Assembly: GCA_934771675.1 (NCBI GenBank)
Contig: CAKVMF010000001.1
Coordinates: forward strand, 1 to 35,817
Length of the DNA: 35,817 bases
Source: an uncultured Clostridia bacterium
GTDB lineage: Bacteria > Bacillota > Clostridia > Christensenellales > UBA1242
Reading direction: 5' to 3'
In this document: piece after piece, positions 1-7,438 of the stretch
Numbering within the stretch: position 1 is the stretch's first letter
Layout: each line of letters begins with the position of its first letter
Translations under genes and position numbers: made by a program
Notes under the pieces: model-generated
What the model saw: only the letters and a program-made list of their open reading frames with translations
What the model was told of the DNA's origin: nothing
The model's database searches: none

Positions 1-835
1 TGTCTGTAATGTAGCCGCAATAGATATCAAGTTTTGGTGTTGCAAAAGTTGTTTCAAGTTTTTTGAGTGAACCATTTTTGAGATCCGGTGCAACATAATC
101 TTCTTGAATGTAGCCAACACCATTTCCTGATTTTACAAATTTTATCATTGCGTCAGTTGTCCAAGCTTCAATAACAGGGTTGATTTTTAAGTCATTAATA
201 GATTTTTTCAAAACCTTGACTTCTTCAGAACTGATTGATGAAACAATAAGTGGAAGATTGTTGAGTGCTTGAACGCTGAGTGGTTTGTCGGTATAAAACT
301 TGTCGGTTGTAACAAAACAGTGTGAAAAACTCTTCAAGTATTTAACTTCAGTTTTTGTTTTTTCAGTTGCAATAGGGCAACTGTCAAGAACAATATCAAG
401 ATTTTGAGTTTGTAGCATACCCACAAGTTCTGGTAGTGGTTTGCTTACGATTTCAATTTTGATGTTTGGATAGTTTTGTCTGAACTCGGTTACAATGTCT
501 GCAAGAAAGATAACTGAAATATATGATGGTGCGCCGATTTTTACAACGCCAGTCTTGAGCCCAGCCATGTCAGAGATTGTGAGTTCGCCTTTCCAAATTG
601 AGTTGAATGCACTTGAAATATATTTATATAAAATTTCCGCTTCGTTTGTTGCGTTCATACCATTTGCTTTTTTGTAGAAAAGTTGAATGCCAAGTTGTTT
701 TTCAAGTTCTTTAATATTATGGCTAACTGCAGGCTGTGAAATATAAAGCAAATCTGCCGCTCTTGAAATGTTTCCTGTTTCATAAACAACAAGGAAACTT
801 TTGTAAAGGTTATAGTTAATATTTGAAAACTGCAT
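1..835 (-). CDS. LysR-family transcriptional regulator (C-terminal end runs off the window)
   Basis: Reverse-strand ATG at 835-833 gives MQFSNINYNLYKSFLVVYETGNISRAADLLYISQPAVSHNIKELEKQLGIQLFYKK..., a typical LysR wHTH. I translated on to about position 360 with no stop. It is absent from the ORF track because it is open at the window edge. Confidence 0.85.
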   Translation of the reverse strand, partial: MQFSNINYNLYKSFLVVYETGNISRAADLLYISQPAVSHNIKELEKQLGIQLFYKKANGMNATNEAEILYKYISSAFNSIWKGELTISDMAGLKTGVVKIGAPSYISVIFLADIVTEFRQNYPNIKIEIVSKPLPELVGMLQTQNLDIVLDSCPIATEKTKTEVKYLKSFSHCFVTTDKFYTDKPLSVQALNNLPLIVSSISSEEVKVLKKSINDLKINPVIEAWTTDAMIKFVKSGNGVGYIQEDYVAPDLKNGSLKKLETTFATPKLDIYCGYITD

Positions 836-1013
836 GATTTTCCCCCTTTTGTAAAACATCCATATTATAAATTCAAATAATGATAAAGTCAATAGGTATA
901 AACAAAATTTATTGTGTAAAAATTTTTGTGGGTTATTTTCTGACAAAAGATGTGGTGAAATGAACTTCAGGGGTATTGTGGTTTTGCTTGATTGTAAAAA
1001 CTTGAAATTTTGC

Positions 1014-1047
1014 AAAGAAAAAACAGCAAATTGATATTTTTTGCTGC
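1014..1047 (-). terminator. Rho-independent terminator downstream of folD
   Basis: Stem cagcaaa (1024-1030) pairs with tttgctg (1040-1046). The A-rich run 1014-1023 is a T-run on the minus strand. Confidence 0.55.
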
Positions 1048-1091
1048 TTTTCTATTGATTTTTAATTATTTTTTTGTTAATTTTGCGTTTT

Positions 1092-1922
1092 TTATTTGTT
1101 TTCCATTGAGTTAATTGCTTCTGCTGTTTGGCTCATAAGTGAAGCAATTGTCATTGGACCGACACCGCCTGGGACTGGGGTGTAGTAAGATGCTTTTTCA
1201 TATGCCAAGTGGTCAACGTCACCGACATTGCCTTCGTTGTAGCCAGCGTCAACAATAATTTGACCTTCAGTGAACCAATCCGCTTTAACATATTCCTTTT
1301 TGCCAATTGCAACAATAACAATCTTGTAGTCTTTAACCATGTCTTCAAGATTGAGAGTTCTTGAATGGGCAACGGTTACTGTTGCACCTGCTTTCATAAG
1401 CATAACGGCAAGTGGAAGCCCAACAATTTGGCTTTTCCCAATCATCAAAACAGATTTTCCTGGTAAAGATATATTATATTTTTCAAGAAGTTTCATAATT
1501 CCAAGAGCGGTTGCTGGAACAAAAACTTGTTTGCCTTGAGCCATAAGTCCAAAGCTTTCAGCTGAAAGTCCGTCAACATCTTTTTGATAAGGGATAAGGT
1601 TGAAACATCTTTGTTCATCAATATTTTTTGGAAGTGGATGTTGAATCATAATTCCTGCGACATTGTCGTCAGCACCAAGTTCTTTGACTTTTGCTTCAAT
1701 TTCTTCTTGAGTTGCAGATTCTTCAAAGTGAAAAACTTCACAGCCGATTCCAATATATTCTGCTTTTTTCTTTTTCATATTGCAATAAACTTCACTGCCA
1801 TAATCATCACCAACTGAAATGATTGCAAGTTTTTTTGTTGTTGGGTGAGATTCAAAGTGAGCTTTTAAGTTTTCAATAATTTCTTTTGATGTTTCTTTTC
1901 CGTTCAAAACCACATTTTCCAT
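1092..1922 (-). CDS. folD: Bifunctional methylene-THF dehydrogenase / methenyl-THF cyclohydrolase
   Basis: MENVVLNGKETSKEI...VGDDYGSEVYCNMKKKKAEYIGI...IMIQHPLP...KDVDG...GKSQIVGLPLAVML...TVAHSRT...TPVPGGVGPMT are typical FolD blocks. I chose the ATG at 1922 (MENVV) over the track start at 1943, because the upstream gene stops at 1924. Confidence 0.9.
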   Translation of the reverse strand: MENVVLNGKETSKEIIENLKAHFESHPTTKKLAIISVGDDYGSEVYCNMKKKKAEYIGIGCEVFHFEESATQEEIEAKVKELGADDNVAGIMIQHPLPKNIDEQRCFNLIPYQKDVDGLSAESFGLMAQGKQVFVPATALGIMKLLEKYNISLPGKSVLMIGKSQIVGLPLAVMLMKAGATVTVAHSRTLNLEDMVKDYKIVIVAIGKKEYVKADWFTEGQIIVDAGYNEGNVGDVDHLAYEKASYYTPVPGGVGPMTIASLMSQTAEAINSMENK

Positions 1923-1923
1923 A

Positions 1924-3267
1924 TTAGTTCTCCATGTTATCAAAGATTTTTTTCATTTCGACTTGTTTTCCACAGCAAAGTCTGCCTTCAGGGCAAACGC
2001 CATAAGTGTAACAACTTGGGCCGTAATTCATGAACATTTTTTTGTCAACAGTTTTTAGTTGTTTAAGCATATCGGTTATAAGTTCACGGATTTCCCATTG
2101 TGCTCTGTTGCAGGTTCTTAAGTTGCACAAATGCAAAAGTTCTCTTGCATTTACGGTAGAAATAAAATCAATTGCTGTTGCATGTGGGGTTGCAAAAATC
2201 AAAAGATATGGATTAACTTTTTCTTCAACAAGTTTGTTGTAAACTCTGCGGTTTTCCTTTATTGCCTTTTCAAAGTCAGCTTTGAGTTCGGCGTTTGATA
2301 GAATTGTTTCAGGAACAACAAATTTATTTATTGTTGCCATTTTTGCAATTGGTTGGGTTGAAAGTGATTGCATACGATGTCTGGTGTAATGCTTCAAAAT
2401 GATAAGTGCGAAGTTTTCAACTTTAAAGGTGTAGTTGAAGTGCTCAAGAAGTTTTGAAAGTTTGTCATCTTTGAGTGCTGCTTTAAAATCAAAATGATCA
2501 TAGCCACAAACTTTTGCATATTCTTCAATTGCTTCGCCAGCATTTTCTGCATAACTTACAAGTTTTGCAGAGTGGGTCACATATTCAATATTCTTGCAAG
2601 GGGTTGGGGTAAGGTCGATCAAACTTTCTGCGTCTGCTGAATAATACTTTGCGTTGTCTTCAACAAGATTTGGATAAATTTTGTCGAGTTGTGATTTAAG
2701 TTGCAAACCGAGAGCTTTGATTTCAGAATAGTTTGAACCCCTTCCATAAATCATTGTGCAAACAACATGAACAAGTTCTCTTGCGTTCAAACTCATGTAG
2801 ATGTTTGTTTTCAAGCCATAAGGCAAAACAAAACGTGCATCTTCAACAGGGACTCCTGCTTGAACAAATTTGTCATAAAGTTTAAACATGTTTTTGTAAT
2901 GTTTTTTGAGCATCGATTTTTGCGAATCTGTAAATTCGTCAGGAAGATTGAATCCTGCGTTTGAAAAATTTACATATCTTCCAGATTTGATTGTGAATGA
3001 TGCGAGTCTAAATTCAATCAAGAATTGTTCAACAAATATGCTGACATTGTTGAAAGCCAAGTTGAAATAATGATGTTCAAGAATTGTTTTGTGGCCAGAT
3101 GCAACGACCTTTGAAATAAGATTTAAGTTTTTTGTTTTGTCGGTTGCCTTTTTGTAAAGTTCAACTGCACTGCCCGGTCTTGTTGAAATTCTACCACCAC
3201 AAGATACGATTCGCTCGCCACTTTTTGTTTCGCTTAAAATAAAAGCACCTGTTTCATTTTGTTTCAT
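1924..3267 (-). CDS. thyX: FAD-dependent thymidylate synthase (ThyX)-like protein with two tandem ThyX-like halves and a C-terminal Cys cluster
   Basis: Half 1 has SGHKTILEHHYF and ARFVLPYGLKTNIYMSLNARELVHVV. Half 2 has HYTRHRMQSLS (the RHRxxS ThyX signature) and NARELLHLCNLRTCNRAQWEIRE. GGAGGGG lies 6 nt upstream of the ATG at 3267 (MKQNETG), so the track start at 3282 sits inside the RBS. Confidence 0.7.
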   Translation of the reverse strand: MKQNETGAFILSETKSGERIVSCGGRISTRPGSAVELYKKATDKTKNLNLISKVVASGHKTILEHHYFNLAFNNVSIFVEQFLIEFRLASFTIKSGRYVNFSNAGFNLPDEFTDSQKSMLKKHYKNMFKLYDKFVQAGVPVEDARFVLPYGLKTNIYMSLNARELVHVVCTMIYGRGSNYSEIKALGLQLKSQLDKIYPNLVEDNAKYYSADAESLIDLTPTPCKNIEYVTHSAKLVSYAENAGEAIEEYAKVCGYDHFDFKAALKDDKLSKLLEHFNYTFKVENFALIILKHYTRHRMQSLSTQPIAKMATINKFVVPETILSNAELKADFEKAIKENRRVYNKLVEEKVNPYLLIFATPHATAIDFISTVNARELLHLCNLRTCNRAQWEIRELITDMLKQLKTVDKKMFMNYGPSCYTYGVCPEGRLCCGKQVEMKKIFDNMEN

Positions 3268-3402
3268 TTGTAACCCCTCCAATTTTTCTCTAATATCAAT
3301 TGTATGATATTCAAAAAAATAAAGTCAAATCAAAATTTGTTGCACTTGAACAAAGTCTAATAATTTTGATTTTGTTCTTAGAGCAATTTTTTTAAACAAA
3401 AA

Positions 3403-3422
3403 GGGTGGGGATAATCCCACCC
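3403..3422 (-). terminator. Hairpin terminator after the XRE gene
   Basis: gggtgg/ccaccc stem around an ataat-type loop. The minus strand continues with ttttt. Confidence 0.55.
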
Positions 3423-3426
3423 TGTG

Positions 3427-3642
3427 TTAGTTTTCAAGTCCAATCAAATAATCTGCTGAAACTCCAAAAAACTTTGCTATCAAAAACAAAGTTTCAATAT
3501 TTGGTGTTCGTTTTTGGTTTTCCCATCGGCTGATTGCGATTGGGCTAACAGACAGTTGTTTTGCGAGTTCGGCAATCGAAAGATTGTGTTCTTCGCGTAG
3601 TTCCTTTAGTCTTTCAGCAAATATTATCTTTACATTATTCAT
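3427..3642 (-). CDS. XRE-family helix-turn-helix transcriptional regulator
   Basis: FAERLKELREEHNLSIAELAKQLSVSPIAISRWENQKRTPNIETLFLIAKFFGVSADYL is a canonical HTH_3/XRE pattern. Confidence 0.85.
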   Translation of the reverse strand: MNNVKIIFAERLKELREEHNLSIAELAKQLSVSPIAISRWENQKRTPNIETLFLIAKFFGVSADYLIGLEN

Positions 3643-3656
3643 GCTATTATTTTATA

Positions 3657-3697
3657 CCAAATGGTTATAAATTATTTTACTTTAACCAATTGGTTAT
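3657..3697. promoter_or_regulatory. Two direct 12-nt repeats (ccaaatggttat / ccaattggttat) in the divergent promoter region; candidate operators
   Basis: The repeats lie at 3657-3668 and 3686-3697, between the divergent HTH genes. The core ccaattgg is palindromic. Confidence 0.45.
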
Positions 3698-3720
3698 GAT
3701 AAAATGCAGGTGAGGTAAGT

Positions 3721-3963
3721 ATGGATTTTGGTTTGGAAGCAATCAAATTGTTTTTGGTTGAACAAAAAATTTCAGTTGAAGAGTTTTGTAAAATTTGTGA
3801 AATTTCAAAAGAAGATTACTTGATGATAATGGATGATATTTCAAATGTTAAACTTGGGACAATTTTTAAAGTTTTAAAGACAATTGATATGAGTCCATCA
3901 CAATTTTTTAAGACAATAAATGAATTGACTTATGATGAGATAAACAAAAGATTTAATATTTAA
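3721..3963 (+). CDS. Small Cro/XRE-like HTH protein
   Basis: 80-aa ORF with GGTGAGG 6 nt upstream of the ATG. KISVEEFCKICEISKEDYLMIMDD...LGTIFKVLKTIDMSPSQFF resembles an HTH_3-type fold. It is divergent from the XRE gene. Confidence 0.55.
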   Translation: MDFGLEAIKLFLVEQKISVEEFCKICEISKEDYLMIMDDISNVKLGTIFKVLKTIDMSPSQFFKTINELTYDEINKRFNI

Positions 3964-4024
3964 CAAAAAATGAGCCTTACAAAATGTAAAGCTCATTTTT
4001 TATATACCAAGTATTTATAAGAAT

Positions 4025-4172
4025 TAGATTCTCACGTCAGCCTTACGGCTTCCTCAGAATGACACATATTGTAAATCGTTAAAAAAAGAGTCATAGTTTA
4101 AAAATTTGTTATATTAATCAATATAATAAACATGTCGCCCTGAGTCGTGCGTAAGCACGGCGTGAGGGTCTA
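4025..4172. repeat. Inverted pair of ~42-nt GC-rich imperfect palindromic units (REP/REPIN-like doublet)
   Basis: Unit 4025-4066 is tagattctcacgtcagccttacggcttcctcagaatgacaca. The reverse complement of unit 4131-4172 is tagaccctcacgccgtgcttacgcacgactcagggcgacatg. The blocks taga..ctcacg...cttacg...ctcag...gaca are conserved, and the stem positions co-vary. Confidence 0.75.
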
Positions 4173-4186
4173 TTCCATTAAAAACA

Positions 4187-6235
4187 TTAATTGTCAGTTG
4201 GGGTGGTTGGGTCGCTTGGGGTTTTGCTTGCAAGCGGTTCAGCTGGAGCTGCCAGCTCTTCTTGTTTTGGAGCTAAAACTTCTTCGAGCTTTGAGAGTTT
4301 TTCGCTGAGTTCAAGCCACTCATCTGCAAGTTTGTCAATTGTGATTTGAGTTGTTTCCATATCACCCTGAATCTCCATAAGTTTTTTGAAGTCACTGGCG
4401 ATTTCAGGATTTACAAAATCGTTTTGAAGTTGTTTCAAATGGCCTTCGGCTTTTGCAGAAGTTTCTTCAACTTTTTTCAAGCGGTTTGTTATTTTGTTTT
4501 TCTCTCTTGATGCAAGATATGGTGAAAGTGACAAGATTGGATCGGGTTCTTTTGGGTCATCAAAATCAACAGGATATTCTTTTTTTTCAGGTTTTGGAGT
4601 TTCAACTTTAGGTTCAAGTTTCATCTTTTTTGAAACAGGGTCACAGTACTCGGCAAATGTTCCATCAAAAAACTTTATTTCTGCCTGCTCAAAAACCAAA
4701 AGTTTGGTTGCAATTTTTTTTGTGAAATATCTATCATGAGAAACAAAAATAATTGTTCCTGTGTAATTCAAAAGCAAGTCTTCAAGCGTTTCTTTACTCA
4801 CAATATCCATATGGTTTGTGGGTTCATCCAAAATCAAAAGATTTGGTTTTTTCTGCAATATTTTTGCAAGTTCAAAGCGAACAAGTTCTCCGCCAGAAAG
4901 TGAGTTCATTTGTTTTGTTACGTCTTTTCCAGAGAACAAAAATGCACCGAGTGCGGATCTAACTTCATTTCCTGAAAGGTCTGGAAAGTCGTCTTGAAAT
5001 TCTTGAAAAACACTTTTTGTGCTCGAAAATTTTGATGCGAGCTGGGCAAAATAACCATATTCAACATGATAGCCAAACTTGAAATAGCCTGAAAGTTCAG
5101 GGATTTTTCCTGTTATGGTTTGAAGGAATGTTGATTTTCCAAGTCCATTTCCGCCAATAACGCCAAGACGTTCGCCACGCATGAGTTTTAAATTGACAGT
5201 TCCAAGTGGTTTTGATTTGTCGTAGCCAATTTTGAGATTTGTGCAACTCAAAACTTCGCTTCCACTTTCAATATCTGGCTTGATTTTTTTATGAAATGTT
5301 TTGCCGTCGGCTCGTTCTGGTGGTGGCAAAATATCAAGTTTTTCAAGATATTTAACTCTTGATTGAACAGCAGCGGCCTTTGTTGCTTTGTATCTAAAAC
5401 GCTCGATAAATTCATTTATATCAGCAATCTCACGCTGTTGAGCTTCATAATGTTTCAAAGCAATATCATAGTTTGCGTTTTTTGTTTCAATAAATTTTGT
5501 GTAGTTGCCGACATATTTTGTTAGTCTTTTATGTTCAATTTCATAAACAATATTTATTGTGTTGTCCAAAAATGCACGGTCGTGCGAAACAATAATAACG
5601 GCACTTTTATATGCTGAAATATAATCTTCAAGCCAAGCAACAGCCTTTATGTCCAAGTGGTTTGTTGGTTCGTCAAGAATAAGCAAGTCTGGTTTTGAAA
5701 GCATCAATTTTATAAATGCAATCTTTGTTTTTTGACCGCCAGAAAATTCTGAAAGTTTCTTTGCTTTGTCGTATTCACTAAAACCGAACGATGAAAGGGC
5801 TTTGTTGTATTCCGCGATATATGTGTAGCCGCCGAGCCTTTCAAATTCATCATGGAGTCTTGAAAACGTTTCAACCATTTTGTCGGTTGGATTTGTTTCA
5901 AGTTTGATTTGAATATCATCAAGTTTCGTTTTTAAATCTAAAATATTTTTGTAGCAAGTTTTGATTTCGTCTTCAAGAGAAATATTTTCATTGTCAAAAG
6001 TCATCTGCTTTAATGATGAAATTGAAGGGTTTCCCGTTTTAACAAAAACTGGAGCAGAATTATCTGGCTGGTGAAGTTCGATTTCGCCTGTTAAAATTTT
6101 AAGCAGGGTAGTTTTTCCTGAGCCATTTCTTCCAATGATTGCAATTTTGTCATGAGTGTTTATTTCAAACGAAAAGTTTTCGAGCAGTGATTCACCGCCA
6201 AACCCAAAATTCGCTTTGTTAATTTTTATTTGCAT
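4187..6235 (-). CDS. ABC-F family ATPase (two ABC cassettes, no TMD) with a coiled-coil and Pro/Thr-rich C-terminal tail
   Basis: Two Walker A motifs (GRNGSGKTTLL, GGNGLGKSTFL). Two signature/Walker B sets (LSGGQKTKIAF...LLILDEPTNHLD, LSGGELVRFEL...LLILDEPTNHMD). The inter-domain linker is typical of ABC-F. Confidence 0.9.
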   Translation of the reverse strand: MQIKINKANFGFGGESLLENFSFEINTHDKIAIIGRNGSGKTTLLKILTGEIELHQPDNSAPVFVKTGNPSISSLKQMTFDNENISLEDEIKTCYKNILDLKTKLDDIQIKLETNPTDKMVETFSRLHDEFERLGGYTYIAEYNKALSSFGFSEYDKAKKLSEFSGGQKTKIAFIKLMLSKPDLLILDEPTNHLDIKAVAWLEDYISAYKSAVIIVSHDRAFLDNTINIVYEIEHKRLTKYVGNYTKFIETKNANYDIALKHYEAQQREIADINEFIERFRYKATKAAAVQSRVKYLEKLDILPPPERADGKTFHKKIKPDIESGSEVLSCTNLKIGYDKSKPLGTVNLKLMRGERLGVIGGNGLGKSTFLQTITGKIPELSGYFKFGYHVEYGYFAQLASKFSSTKSVFQEFQDDFPDLSGNEVRSALGAFLFSGKDVTKQMNSLSGGELVRFELAKILQKKPNLLILDEPTNHMDIVSKETLEDLLLNYTGTIIFVSHDRYFTKKIATKLLVFEQAEIKFFDGTFAEYCDPVSKKMKLEPKVETPKPEKKEYPVDFDDPKEPDPILSLSPYLASREKNKITNRLKKVEETSAKAEGHLKQLQNDFVNPEIASDFKKLMEIQGDMETTQITIDKLADEWLELSEKLSKLEEVLAPKQEELAAPAEPLASKTPSDPTTPTDN

Positions 6236-6243
6236 AGTTCACC

Positions 6244-6278
6244 TAAAAAAATAAGCTTAGCATAATTGCCAAGCTTAT
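6244..6278 (-). terminator. Terminator after degV
   Basis: ataagctt (6251-6258) pairs with aagcttat (6271-6278), followed on the minus strand by a T-run (plus A-run 6244-6250). Confidence 0.6.
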
Positions 6279-6322
6279 TTTAACATACATATTATATTTT
6301 TGCTATATTTTTGAATAAGATT

Positions 6323-7171
6323 TTAGTTTTTGCCACCATCATTAATATAAATGATTCCAAGAACGTGTTCGCCGCAGTGTGATGTTATAGTTCCGCCAGC
6401 AACGGTTTCATAAATATTTTCAAAACCGGCATTTTTGAGCGCTGTTCTTGCAGCTTCAAGCATATCAGGGGTTGCTGTTGTGTAAGTTATAAATCCAATT
6501 GATTTGTCTGGATTGTTAAACTCAGTCAGCACGTCTTTGGTGTATTCTTCAATAACTTTGCCCATTTTTCCACGATATTTTTTTGCTGGTTTCATCTTTC
6601 CATCAATAAGTTCAATTTGTGGACGAAGCTTTAACAGGTTTGCTCCAAAAAGTGAAAGTGCGTTACATCTTCCGCCTTTATAGAGATAGTCAAGACGTTC
6701 AATAACAAAACTGGTTTGAACTGCTGGCACACGCTTTTCAACAAGTTCGGCAATTTCTTTTGGCTGTTTACCAGCATCGGCAAGATTTCTGGCATAAATT
6801 GCAAGAAGTCCAATTCCGGTTGAAAGGGATCTTGAGTCAACAACAAAAACATTGTCAAAATGGTTAGATGCATGTTTTGCATTTTCAACAGAACTTGTTA
6901 TTCCACCACTAAGTGTGATGTGAATAACAGCGTCATATTTTTCAAGCAATGAGTTGAAGTATGCTTTGTAAATTTCTTCATTGATGGCACTGGTTTTTGG
7001 GAGAATGCCAGTTTTTTCAACATAATCAAAAATTTCAGCAGGGACGTTTTCATTGTCATCAATAACCTTATCCCCTAAAATTATACTATATGGAATTATT
7101 GATACATTATATTTTTCAATCAACTCTTTTGACAAGTCGCAGGTTGATTCACAAGAAATTGCTATTTTCAT
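6323..7171 (-). CDS. DegV-family fatty-acid-binding protein
   Basis: MKIAISCESTCDLSKELIEKYNVSIIPYSIILGDK...TSAINEEIYKAYF...HITLSGGITSS... has DegV-like layout and length (282 aa). Confidence 0.85.
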   Translation of the reverse strand: MKIAISCESTCDLSKELIEKYNVSIIPYSIILGDKVIDDNENVPAEIFDYVEKTGILPKTSAINEEIYKAYFNSLLEKYDAVIHITLSGGITSSVENAKHASNHFDNVFVVDSRSLSTGIGLLAIYARNLADAGKQPKEIAELVEKRVPAVQTSFVIERLDYLYKGGRCNALSLFGANLLKLRPQIELIDGKMKPAKKYRGKMGKVIEEYTKDVLTEFNNPDKSIGFITYTTATPDMLEAARTALKNAGFENIYETVAGGTITSHCGEHVLGIIYINDGGKN

Positions 7172-7438
7172 ATTTTAACCTCTACATCAAATTATATACA
7201 AAATTTACTTATTTTCAAAAGAAATTTTGATATTATAAAAAATTTTTTAATCTAGCACAAAAAACCAATTTAAAAATGTTACAAACCACTCCATTTTGAA
7301 AATCTAAAAAAAAGTGCTTTCAAGCAAAAATTACCAAAACTAAAAAATTTAACAATTTTCTTTTGCAAGATTTTGCCATTTGTTATAAAATGAGTGTGGC
7401 GAATTTTTCGCTTAAAACATTGCTAAAAAGGATTATTT

